Assembly: GCA_037447605.1 (NCBI GenBank)
Contig: CM074815.1
Span: forward strand, 124,001 to 188,000
Origin: Zygnema circumcarinatum SAG 698-1b
Taxonomy: Eukaryota > Plantae > Zygnematophyceae
Direction: 5' to 3'
Length of the DNA: 64,000 bases
Positions within the stretch are counted from its first letter, which is position 1, and each line of letters opens with the position of its first letter. A model generated the notes under the pieces. It ran no database searches and was not told the DNA's origin. It saw only the letters and a program-made list of their open reading frames with translations. Made by a program: the position numbers and the translations under genes. Shown here piece by piece: positions 52,881 to 64,000 of the stretch.

Positions 52881-54024
52881 TTTTCTCCCTCTCTCTCTCT
52901 CTCTCGCGTATCTCCACTCCTCTCACTTCCTGTCTTTCGTCTGCCGCGCTCTGTCTCTCTCTCCTGATAAGTATTGGACGTCTAGCAAAAAAATCTGCTC
53001 CTGCTTTCTGCTTTTTGGTGGAAGGGCCGAACGAATATGGTTGCCTAAAAACCAAAAAATCGTAGGGTTGGATTTGGTCAGATGATTATTTCCTTATTTA
53101 TTTCATTGCTTAATTCTCTCATTCTACATGTTTCGGTTAATGCAGGGTTCAGAAATCGGAGGTCATAAACTTACGGTGGAAATTGCGACAGGGTTTGAAC
53201 CCCTCTCAGTGGAAGCGGCCTCGGGCAATGAAGCCCCCTCCAACGATGAGCCTTCCGATAAGGTGTGGATACCTTGATTGAAGTTAACATAAGCTATTTT
53301 AAAATTTCAATTATCTTCTACTTAGAAAAAATAGAAAAATGACCTTTCCGGTCGTTCATTTCCGAACTCTCCGCAGGTTTCCGAGGCTCCAAAAACCCGA
53401 TTCGAGCAGGCGCAGAAAATGATCGCAGATATGATGGCTAAAGGACACGTAGTGAGCGTAAATGCAATGGAAAAGGCAAAAGCTTTTGATGACAAACATC
53501 AAATTTCGAGGCAAGCTGCGGCACGTATGGCAGCCATAGGAGCGTCTGCCCGAGAATTGGGAGTAAAATCCACTACTGCAGCTTCAGAACTTGATAAAAA
53601 AGTTGGGATTTCGGAGAAGGTGGCGGCCGGGATTGAAGCCGTAAACGATAAAGTGAATGTGGTAGATGAAAAATATCAGCTTTCGGATAAGACAAGGAGC
53701 GTTTTTGAGAAGGCGGAGGTAGCGGTGGCCGGAGCTCTCTCTGTGGGGCAGCAAAAAGCAACTCAAGCGGGAGTTGCGATTGGGCCATACGTGGCATCCG
53801 GGCAGAAATGGGTGATGCGGGCAGTGGAGAAATTTAGGTCGGGTGCCCGGAAGGGGAAGGGAGAGGAGGTGGAGAAGGGGAAGGAGAGTGAGGGGGTGGA
53901 TAAGGGGAAGGGAAAGGAGGTGGTTGCGGGAGAGGGGAGTGAGGGAGAAGTGAAGGTGGAGAGTGTGGTGGACGGAGTGGGAGAGAAGGGCGAGGGAGAG
54001 GGGAAGGCGGCTGCTGTAGTATGA
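51805..54024 (+). CDS. RRM protein of the BPA1 (binding partner of ACD11) family
   Basis: Exons 51805-51810, 52388-52494, 52730-52805, 53146-53262, 53377-54024. RRM VTEKQLEDFFEHSGKI...VALVTFEE, then MMAKGHVVSVNAMEKAKAFDDKHQIS...VDEKYQLSDKT, like BPA1 MLAKGFILGKDAIAKAKSVDEKHQLT as recalled. Confidence 0.8.
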
Positions 54025-54748
54025 GAGTGGAAGGGTAAGGAGTGAGTGGGAGGGGAAGACAGAGTGAGGCTATTTTTTAGGGTTTATATGTGAAGGAATT
54101 TGGGTTTAGGGATTGATTTGTTGTAGCTGAGGTCACATGTGGAGTTAACTTAGTGGAGGGGGGAAACGGAGGGGGGAGGAGGGAGAGACTGTGTGAAAAG
54201 CACAAGTTTTAGAGAGAAAGATAGAGAGAGAGAGAGTGAGAGAGAGAGAAAGAGCAACGGAATATAGCATGTAAAAATAGTTCTCTGCTTTTGTTGGTCA
54301 GCAGAATAGTTGAAAAAGCCCTTATCAGTGTCCATTTACTGAAAATGTGTTGTTATCTACTGTCTGCCCCATCACATGCATCATTTGCATCACGCCGCAT
54401 ATCCATTGACAGAACATATGCTGATAGAAGTAAATTACAAGGGACGGGCATCAACGGCGTTTTGATGTTCCTCAGTTTCTCAGCCGTGTTTGATTCCAGG
54501 TGTGGTTATTGTGTCGCTGTCTTCTAATCCTAGAAGCCTTCGAAACCTAAAGATTCGTTTTACCCTTGAAGCCATATTATTCCTAGAACCCCCTAGAAAC
54601 CCTACAGGCCTAAGCAGGCCAAAACATTATTGTCAACCAGCTCCTGTTGGGAACGACTCACACAGTTCATCATCGCTTTATAAATCTGGACGCTTGGAAT
54701 GAAAGGGAAGCAGAGACGCAACCTCTTATAAAGGACAGCTGAACAGAA

Positions 54749-54768
54749 AGACGTCAGCGCTGACGTCC
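54749..54768. promoter_or_regulatory. ocs/as-1-type palindromic element (TGA bZIP site)
   Basis: aGACGTCAGCGCTGACGTCc: perfect 18-bp palindrome, two ACGT cores 12 bp apart with a GCGC spacer, as in the ocs element TGACGTAAGCGCTTACGTCA. Confidence 0.55.
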
Positions 54769-54868
54769 CCGAGGAGAAGATACTCCAAAAGCTACCCTTA
54801 TGTTGCTGAAGAAAAACCCGAAAATCTCACACCGTGAGGTTTTCGGGTCAATCGTGAGACTTACACCC

Positions 54869-55524
54869 CTACTTCTCCTCCCTCTCCTCCCTCCCTCCCC
54901 CCTCGCTCTCCTCCTTCCCCCCCCCACTCCCCTCTCCCTCTCTCTCCCTCTCCCTCTCTCTCAGCCCTCCATCCACCCTCTCCCTCTCCCTCTCCCTTTC
55001 CTCTCCCCCACCCTCACTCAACCCCGCCTTCGCCCCTTCCCCTTCCCCTCCCCCTTCCCCCCCTCCCCCTCCCTCCCCTTCTCTCTCCCACTCTGCCTCC
55101 TTCATCCGCTTAATATATGCCGCGATCTGCTCACTTATGGGGCTCCCCCCCCTGTAGGGCGACCTCCCCCCCTCCCCCCCGTAGAGAGCGTTGCCGTACT
55201 GCCCCCCCCCCTCCTCCACGCGCAGCTCCTGCAGGGCCTTGAGCGCCTGCACGAGGTCGCTCATGCGCGGGCGCGAGCGCGCGTCCATAAGGCAACACTG
55301 CGCGGAGAGGAGGAGCTTCTGCGCGGCCTTGTGGGGGTACCGCCCTGCGAGGCGCGGGTCCACGAGGGCGGGGAGGCTCGTCCGGTCGCTGTACTTCTCC
55401 TGCACCCACTGCACAAGACTGCGCTCCTTCGCGGGGCGGTCCATGTCCAGAGCGCGCCGCCCGCAGAGCAGCTCAAGGAGGACCACTCCGAAGGCGTAGA
55501 CATCGCTCTTGGCAGTGAGGTGGC
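54869..55524 (-). CDS. Duplicated alternative terminal exon (6b) of the second RLCK-VII kinase
   Basis: Phase-1 acceptor ccccaccag|GC, then [24 protein letters not shown]...RPRMSDLVQALK, open to the stop at 54869; no upstream kinase exons between it and exon 6a. Confidence 0.8.
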
Positions 55525-56145
55525 CTGGTGGGGGGGAGAGGGGGGGGGAGGGAGAGGGGGGGGGAGGCTCGGGGAGGGGAGGAAGAGGGTTGAGGGAGGG
55601 AGGAAGAGGTGTGAGGGGGGGGGGTTGGGGGAAAGGGAGGAGGGTGGAGGAGGGAGGGAGGGGGTACGAGGGAGAGGAGGTGAGAAAGATGAGGGGGAGG
55701 GAGAGGGAGGAATGAGAGAGAGTCTGACGTTTTGATTCAGTCCACAGTCTATTAAGGCACCAGGAAGCAGCACACATAGAACCGTGAGGCAAAACTGAAA
55801 CTGAACAGCTTAAAGCTGTACATTGTGAACATAATGAATAAATTCATAATTGAAGAACATACTCAGACGGTACACTCCTCCATACTCTTATTGAGGAGGA
55901 CCAGCTATCAATGCTTCTCGCTAGGACGAAACAGTGCTACATAAAACTGCGCTACATAGAATGGCCCTCTCTAACACCTGCCACCTCTACCCCCTGCCGG
56001 TTATAGACAACGCCCTCAATAAGACTTCAGAATCTGCTCTCTCATCAAACCGCGCAATACATACATTTGGTAGAGGGCTCATACGCCACCCCTTAACCTC
56101 TCTCTCACCCCCTCCCAACACCGCAACATGCCCTGTCTCTCTCTA

Positions 56146-59100
56146 CTATGAATCCAATCCTTCCTCTCCACTCACCCCACTCCCTCCCTCCCTCTCCCCT
56201 CCTCTCACCTCCTCTCTCTGCGCCTCTTTCTCTCGCTGCACCTCCTCACTCCTCCGCCTGGCCGCAGCCAGACCCCTCTCATCCTCCCTCTCGCCATTTA
56301 CTCCCGCCCCCCCTCCCTCCTCACTACCCCCACTACCCCCTCCCCCTCCCCCTCCCCCTCCCCCTCCTGAAGCCTGCGCTGCTGTCTCCAGCATCCACTT
56401 GTGAAGCTTCTCCCCATCCATCACAGTGAACTCCTGCACTGCTTTCAGCGCCTGCACCATATCACTCATGCAGGGCCGCGACCGGGCGTCCAGGAGACAG
56501 CACTGAGCCGAAACCAGGAATTTCTGAGCCCCCTTCACTGGGTATCTTCCCTCTAGCCTTGGGTCTATTATATGGGGAAGCCCCCTCCTCTCTACGAACC
56601 TATCCCGCACCCAATGCACGAGGCTTCGCTCCTTGGCGGGCCTGTCCATATCCACCGCCCTCCTCCCACAGAGCAGCTCGAGCAACACCACCCCAAAAGC
56701 ATAGACGTCGCTCTTGGCAGTGAGGTGTCCTGCCAGCCTCCATGCCCCTCAGCACGATCAGCTTTCGAGGGGTTTGTGGGTCCTCGGGAATGCGGGGTGG
56801 ATTTAGGGTTTTAGGGGGCAACAAGGATTTGGGGTGCAGTGATTTAAGAGGAGAGGGTCAATGAGAATAAAGATGTGGGGTGTGATAAGTTAGAGGGGAG
56901 GTTCAGGGAGAAAGCGGATTTGGGGTGAGGGTTTGGGTTTCAGGGTGAATAAGAAATTGGGGTGTAGTACCTTAAGAGGGGGAGGATCAGGGAGAAAAAG
57001 GTTTTGGGGTATGGCAATGTTTGTGGGTCTTGAAGGAGTTTGGATTTTCAGGGTGAAGGAGTTTGGGTGTAGAGGGAGAGGGCGAGCTTTCAGAGTAAAT
57101 AAGGAAATTGGGCGGTAGAAATATATAGGGGGGGTTTCAGGGTGAATGAGAATTTGGGTTCTAGTAAATTAGAGGAGCGTTTGCGGCTATAGGATGTTCA
57201 GTAGTGGCCAGTTCTGAGGCCATTTTGGCAGTGAATGGGCTTGGTAGTGCGTGCCACATCAGTAGTCTGCAGCGAATGCAGGTGCATCAGCTAAATCCGA
57301 GAAGGTACGCTTTTAGAGTTTTGTCCTGCTACACAGCAGCAGGAGCAAGCATAGGAAAGTAGCTCATAAAGATTCTGAAGGAGGGGAAATGGACTCAGGG
57401 AAGTAGAGATTTACATAGGGAAAATAAAGAAGGCTTAAAGGAGGAAAGCTATGGAGGATATCCGAGGGGACGAACTAGCCGGGAGGACTCTTGGTGACAT
57501 TGCACCTTAACTCCAAAAGGAAGGCCCTCCCTCATTCACACAGACGAAAGAGGAATACTACCGCATATACAAGGAAAGGATGCCAGGGCATCACCAAAGT
57601 ATATAAATAGCTGTTTTTTTATGGCTTTAGACACTAGGTAAATGGGTTATACTTCAACTTTTTCTAATCTTTTTCCCAGATTTTGGGACCCACTCTAAAG
57701 ACGGGGCTCCTGACATAATGCAAGGATGCCCCTAAGCAATCTTTTCCCCCTCTCTCTCTCTCTCTCATCTCATTTCTTCTATTGCTCGCCTCAGTCCTAA
57801 ATGCCCTATTCAGCCTTAACTTCACCTAAGAATTGCCTGGTAGTAAACGCATAACTACAATCTCAGTATTTTATCGCCTGTTTGAACGAAACTTCCGTCC
57901 CATTGTATACGACTAAACAAAATATTTGATTAATTAAAACTCTGAATCTAACCTACTTAAAGAAAAGTAATCACTATTTCTCAAGACATCGCAAAGTCTT
58001 CGGTAAATCAGAGCCATCACACCATACATTGTTCAGTAGTTTTGATATGAAGATAGAAGAAACTACCATTCTTATACACACCATTGATTCAAACATCGCC
58101 AGAGTGAAATACCATTATGCAGATTAATCTGCTCCCAAATTCGAACTCGGAAGGAACACATACAAACAGAAGAATGGCAGAACAATACCATCGAAAACTC
58201 ATTCACAACCTAACAAAGGAGAGCATAAACCGTTGATATGATGTAAGTTATGATAAGGACACTCCACAGAGTAGTTCTCTCTCTCTCTTCTAAATGCTCC
58301 TTCACTGAAGCAAGTCCCCACAGGTCACACTTCAAACCCATTTTCTTCAAGCACAATCAAACACAGATAGCCATCAGACTGTCGACCTGACGCAAATTAT
58401 GGAAAAAAACTTGTGAGCTGAACAATCTTCAAGGCTTAATACTTGGCCAATTCTCGGAAGCAACAAGAGCCATTCAAACGCGAGCTTGACCCAAAACCAT
58501 CACATTAAATCTTCATTGATTTCATATTTTGCTTATTTGAGGATGAGCTGCCTCCAATAACACACCTGTTGACATGTATTCTGGCGCAGTGTATCCGTGA
58601 GTTCCCACCACTTTAGTTGAGACATGCGTCTTGTCTCCGGCAGGTCCATCCTTCGCTAGACCAAAGTCAGACAGTTTTGATGTATAATCCTGCACGCAAT
58701 AGAACAATTAACATAAGCTGCCTTTTCTTCACAACGCAAAAAAGTCAAATGTGTCTCTAATGCTATCAAACCTTCCTACATCCACTACCCATTCTCTATG
58801 TCCTCCCAACTTTTTTCACAGCACCAACTTCCCAACTCCCTCTTCCCATATCTAGACCTTCGTACCTTTCCACATTTAACAAGCCCAATGCAACATCCTC
58901 ACTCACCCATGTTAGATTTCACACTAACACACGCAAACATTACTATATACTGAACCCATGTCACTGTAATCACAAAGAAGCTAGTTTTAAGGCTATAGGG
59001 TGTCTATGGTGTGACTCACATGGTCCAGCAAAATGTTCCCTGCCTTCAAATCGCGGAAAATGACCTGCCGGTCGGTCCCCTCATGAAGGTATGCCAACCC

Positions 59101-61670
59101 CATCGCAGCACCGAGAGCAATCTTCACCCGAATTTCCCACGAAAGTGGCACTTCTGAAGCTGCAGCCCACCATTCGAAAACAGTACTGTGTTAACGGAGC
59201 CACCTTTCCAACATCTGCTTTGGAGGGAGGGAGGGAGGAAGGGAGGGTGGGAGGGAGGGAGGGGAGGGAGGGGAGNNNNNNNNNNGGGAAGGGAGGGGAG
59301 GGAGGCGGGAAGGTGGGGAATGGAGGGGGAGGGACGGAGGGAGGGGAGAGGAGGGAGGAGGGGAGGGGAGGAAGGGGGGAAAAGAGGGGGAGGGAGGAGA
59401 AGGAGGAGAGGGTGGGGAGGGAAGGGAAGGGAGGGACACGAAGATAGAGAGCTGGAAGCAGAGAGACAAAGCGAGAGAAGGACAGAGGCAGAGGCGCAGA
59501 GCGGGAGGAGGCGGCAACCAGAGAAAGAGAGAGACGGAGGGTAGTGAGGACGGACGAACCATAGGCAAGGGGGGGGTGCACAGAGAAAAAGGGGGAAAGG
59601 GAGTGGAGGAGTAAGGGAGAGGGGGAGAGAAGAAAGGGACAACCTCCAAGAAAAGGTATGGAAAGCGCACGAGAGGTATGAGAGCACATACACACACCAA
59701 AGCATTAAGCCACTTACGTGAGAACAATTTATTGTCGAGTGAACCATTGGGCATAAACTCGTACACCAAGAGCCCCTCCCCGCCCTCCGTACAGTATCCC
59801 ACAAGGTGCACCAAATGTGGATGATGTAATCGTCTCAAGAAAATCACTTCCGTCTGGAAAAATGAGAATGCTCCCTGGTTAGTGCGCTGCTTTACGAGCA
59901 AAGTTGATCCACGTGAAAAAACTTTACGAGAACTACTGCAAAGCTTCACAAAAGAGCCTTTACATGATGGAGGAAAACAAGCAGTTAAATTAGACTTCCC
60001 ACATCCTTTCATTCCCTCTTCTCGTAAAAAAAACTCCACAAACTTCAAACCTAATCTGTGCGTCAGCAGGTCAAGTCCCCCAAGAATTGTCTTTTACTAC
60101 CACACAACCGCAGTTCAAGGTCTGCTTCCCTTTTCACTCTCACCAGCTTCCGTTTTCCGCTTTTTTTTTTTTCTCCATACACCCCTCCTAACTTCTATAC
60201 ACTCTTCGATCCCTCTCATGATTTCCACTCTCTCTCTTTCTCTTTCCCAGTCTCCCTCCAGCGTCTTTTTCCCTTCTTCCCTCCCTCACTTCCTCGCTTC
60301 TCTCTCTTCCCATCGCTCTCTCTCTACCTCTTATTTTCCACCCTCCAATTTCCTCCCTCGTTTCCTAGCCTCTCTCTCTCTCCTACCCTACCACCCCTCC
60401 CCACCTCGCTACCACTTCCCCCATTTTCCTCCCCCCCTTACACTCCCCTCCCCTCCCCACACTCTCCAGTCTCCGCCCTCACCAGCCACTCGTTGAAGCC
60501 CTGCAGCCCCTCCTGGTTCAGCTTCTTCACCGCCACCTGCCTCCTCATGCCCGGCTCCCTCTCCGCAATGAACCCCCCATACACCTTTCCAAAGCCGCCC
60601 TCTCCAAGGATGACGCTCTCGTCGAAGAAATCTGTGGCCTCCTCGAGCTCTGCGTAGGAGAATTCGCGCGGGGGCTCCGTGCTGAAGGTTTGCTGGAGAT
60701 ACTCGCGGTCGAAGGTCGGGTACACGGGGAAGGGCAGGACGGAGGAGCTGCTGGTGGGAGGGCCCTCCTCGTTGCCCGAGAGAGCGTTGCTGTTGGCGAG
60801 GCTCGGCGGGCGGCCATGGCCATAGCCATGGTTGCTTAAGGATTGCCGGGATTTCGCGCCGGATGTTGAGGCTGGGGAAGGAGAGCAGGGAGGAGGTGGG
60901 AAGAGAAAGGAGCGGGGGGAGATGGAGGAGGGAGGAGGAAAGAGGAGGAAAGAGGACGAGAGACAAGGGAGAAAGAGAGAGGAGGGAGAAGGAGAGAGGA
61001 AAAGGGAAGAGTAGTCGAGGAGGAGCGGGGAGGGAGGAGGAAGGAGGAGAGAGGAAGACGAGTGAGAAGGAGGCAGGAGGACAGCGGACGAGGGAGGAGA
61101 AGGGAGAAGGGGGGAGAGGGAGGAGGAGGGCGAGGAAGAGGAGGAGGAGGAGGAGGAGGAGGAGGAGGGAGGTGAAGGGAGCCAGGAGGAGGGTGGAGAA
61201 GGGAGGGAGGAGGCAGGGGGAAGGAGGAGAGAGAGGAAGAGGAGAATGCGGGAAGCCAGTGAAGATAGGGAAGAGAGAGGAGGAGGTAGGAGGGAGGGAG
61301 GCGAGGGAGAAGGAGAAGTAAAGAGGAGTGTGAGGCAATGACAGGGTCGCAGTAGAATTAGGGCTTCAGGGTGTCAGGGAAAAAGGAGACGTTTGAAGAG
61401 GCTTGAAGAAGAGAGGAGAGGAGGGTCCGAGGAAGGTCCGGATGAAGCAAATCCGAAATGCGTTTCTTGAAACAAATTTCAATTATCTCTTGGGAAAACA
61501 AGGCTGTAAGTTTTTATGAATGCAGGTCATGTACATGATTCATTGAACCCTACTTCAAAATTCGAAACCAATTATCGAAAGCATGACTCAAACAAGGCGC
61601 ATCGCTCACCTTTTCTGTCATGCAGAGACTCCTCCACTTCCAACGAGGCCCTTGAGGGGTAGCACCCCAT
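56146..61670 (-). CDS. Receptor-like cytoplasmic kinase, subfamily VII (second gene, isoform using exon 6a)
   Basis: Exons 61670-61610, 60871-60483, 59853-59718, 59159-59020, 58689-58566, 56729-56146. MGC start, [73 protein letters not shown]. Confidence 0.92.
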
Positions 61671-64000
61671 CAGAAGACCAGTTGTAAGCGCCCTCCTTCT
61701 GCTCTACTTATGCTTTCAAACCCTAAAAAAGCTTGTAACACGGATTACAAACAGAACCGCCATTCTATGCATGCTGCCGTCCTCCCACAGCGTGCCACCA
61801 AACATGACCCTCTTACATGCATCCCTTCCCTTCTGCACATCCCCTTCCCTTGCCATCCGCCATGACTGCCTCCTCCTCCTCCTCCTCCGCTCTCGAAGGC
61901 AGCCATGGATTTCAAGAGAAACTCTTCCTGGCCCCCCCTGGTCTTACCTGTGAACTGCCCCGAAAAAAGGAGCACATGTGAACGGCCATTTTCGACAACG
62001 ACGTTTCGGAACTGGATATTTGGATTTTCCAGTTTACAGTACCATAAATTTGACCTATTGAACTTTTTTTTTGGAATTGCTCAATGTTCAAATGGAAAGC
62101 CTTCAGTTTTGAACACTCGAAATGAATAGTTTTTAAATTGAACAATAATGTCATAGTTCAATTGTCATAGTTCATAGTTCGATCGGTTCGGTTACACTTG
62201 TGGATTCCACTTTTTGCCACGTAGGATTCAGGCAATCTGCGAGATTTGTTGGACTCCGGCACAATTTTCACCGTACGACTTTTTGCGCCAGATCAACGAT
62301 TTTCGTACCGGAAACGAAACGGGCATACAGTACTGTATCTTGAGAGTGCGTCGACCCAGGTCCACGCGCTTTGCGATTGCCAAGATCTCATTGTTGATCG
62401 GTGGATGCAAAGTATATTGAAATTGAACACGACCGAGAGTTAACTGTTCAATGTCCAATTGATTTCGTGTTGCATTCGAATTTGAACACGGACCGTTGTA
62501 AAAAAAAAAAAAAAAAAAAAACAGAAACCTGAAGCGGAAACAGTTCTTTTTTCTGAACACCGATTACGAATAGTTTTCTGGTTTTGAACCCAAAATCTTC
62601 AACTGTTCAATTGTTCAAATTAATGGTAGTAGGGGTACTACACTTATCGCGATAAGTGTGAACACAAAACACTAGAAGACAAATTTGGCACGCGCGAATT
62701 TTCCAGTTCTTGCGACGACGACAAAAGAACGTACAAACGGCACGTGCAGACAGCGCGAGCCAAATGAGTGTTTGTCGGGTAAGTGTACAAACTACGTACG
62801 ACATTTGTACGATTCAAGCATATAAGTACAAAATACCAGGCGACGACAAAACTCCCCCATAAACCGCCAATTCGTACGAACAGCCATCAATTCGTACGAA
62901 AAGCCATTGGCTGCCGGGCGGGATCTTTTGTCTGGATTTGCCAGGACAAGCCGGGCTTTCACATGCATCCAAGAACCGTGCAGCGCTGTAAAACGCTAAA
63001 CGACAATAAAACTTTAACAGAACTGGAGACAAAGCTGCCCGCCCGGCAGCCACCTGCCTCTCTGTACGGTTTATTTGTTTTATGGAGCCGACCTATACCA
63101 GATGTTCACCTCCTATTGGTCCACGTGAAATTCCCTGTGAGTTTAACTCTGCCTCCCGCGTGCAGCCACCGCAGGCCTTCCGCCAATCGGCAGGCGCTCT
63201 TAGCAGACCTCCAGTGAAAACTAGCCACGTGGTTGCTCACGTGTGCGTACCAGCTCGCTGGGATAGTCCGTGACTTCACATCTTGTGAGTGCATTGACCG
63301 TTGATCGCGTCCACGTGCATGCATGGAGGGATGGATGCATGGCCTATGCATCTCACGCATCCATGTCCATACAGGCATGCATGGACTAGGCATGCATGCA
63401 TCTATGCAACGTACCCATCAGACCAAATGTAAACCAAATGTTGAACACGAGAGCCCACCTAGAACAACTCTATCCCCCCACCAAGGCCTATCACCATCAC
63501 AGTGATCAAGGTAGCTCATGGCCACCAAAGCGGGTCCTGCCTTCAACTGCCCAAACATGAACGTCTTCCACACCACATGGGGCACAAGTCGTTTGCCCGG
63601 CAAAGAGGGAAGTGGACACGGCTCAGCCCAATGGCTTCATGCCATGTGGCAGACACGTGGCATAATGCAATCTGCCAAGGAGGTGTAGAATGTGTGTGTT
63701 GTGGCAGCATGAAATTTGGGAAACAAAATTGAGAAATTGTTCGACCCTCCCCGTGTTCGCAGGGCCATGCCTGAAACCGAGTTTGCAAACAAAAACCGTC
63801 AACCAGACACGCCAGATGCTGATGTCAGGAGATACTTCAGAGTATTATTAGTCCTATCTTCTATCCTATCCTATCTCTCTCTTTTTTTTTTTTTTTTAAA
63901 ATAAAAGAGAAAATCCTAAATTCGTACAACTTATATATATATGACCTTCATCCTGAGATCAACAACCTACTTTTAATTCTGGCGGCCTTCAAATTGTTAG

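Noticed and set aside
56730-58565. 1.8-kb intron as a possible nested gene or transposon
   Set aside because: No long ORF, terminal repeats or transposase motif seen.

Overview
Intron-rich eukaryotic nuclear DNA with about one gene per 4-5 kb. The gene set (RLCK-VII kinases, BSK, COR27-like, BPA1-like, plastid ABCD, plant-type U2 with a USE) indicates a streptophyte; a charophyte alga or early-diverging land plant is my inference and the species cannot be fixed from the sequence. Most long ORFs in the supplied track are microsatellite artefacts, so gene models were built by hand from GT/GC-AG boundaries and reading phase. Genes in order: 3' part of a COG0523/CobW GTPase (+), plastid DnaJ protein (-), plastid ABCD2-type transporter (+), COR27/28-like (-), orphan membrane ORF (-), U2 snRNA (-), isoaspartyl peptidase/L-asparaginase (-), EamA/DMT transporter (-), L-2-hydroxyglutarate dehydrogenase (+), large disordered zinc-ribbon protein (+), PP1 inhibitor-2 (-), RLCK-VII kinase (-), BSK-like kinase-TPR (+), BPA1-like RRM protein (+), second RLCK-VII kinase (-). 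Highlights: (1) the ABCD transporter begins with a transit peptide plus an HPD-less J-domain that appears copied, with all three intron positions, from the adjacent head-to-head DnaJ gene; (2) the CobW GTPase ends in the small C-terminal domain of group II PLP decarboxylases; (3) the second RLCK-VII gene has two intact duplicated terminal exons; (4) intergenic spacers carry recurrent GTAC islands, G-box arrays, an ocs/as-1 palindrome and a (TTAGGG)n array. Family assignments rest on remembered motifs, not database searches.
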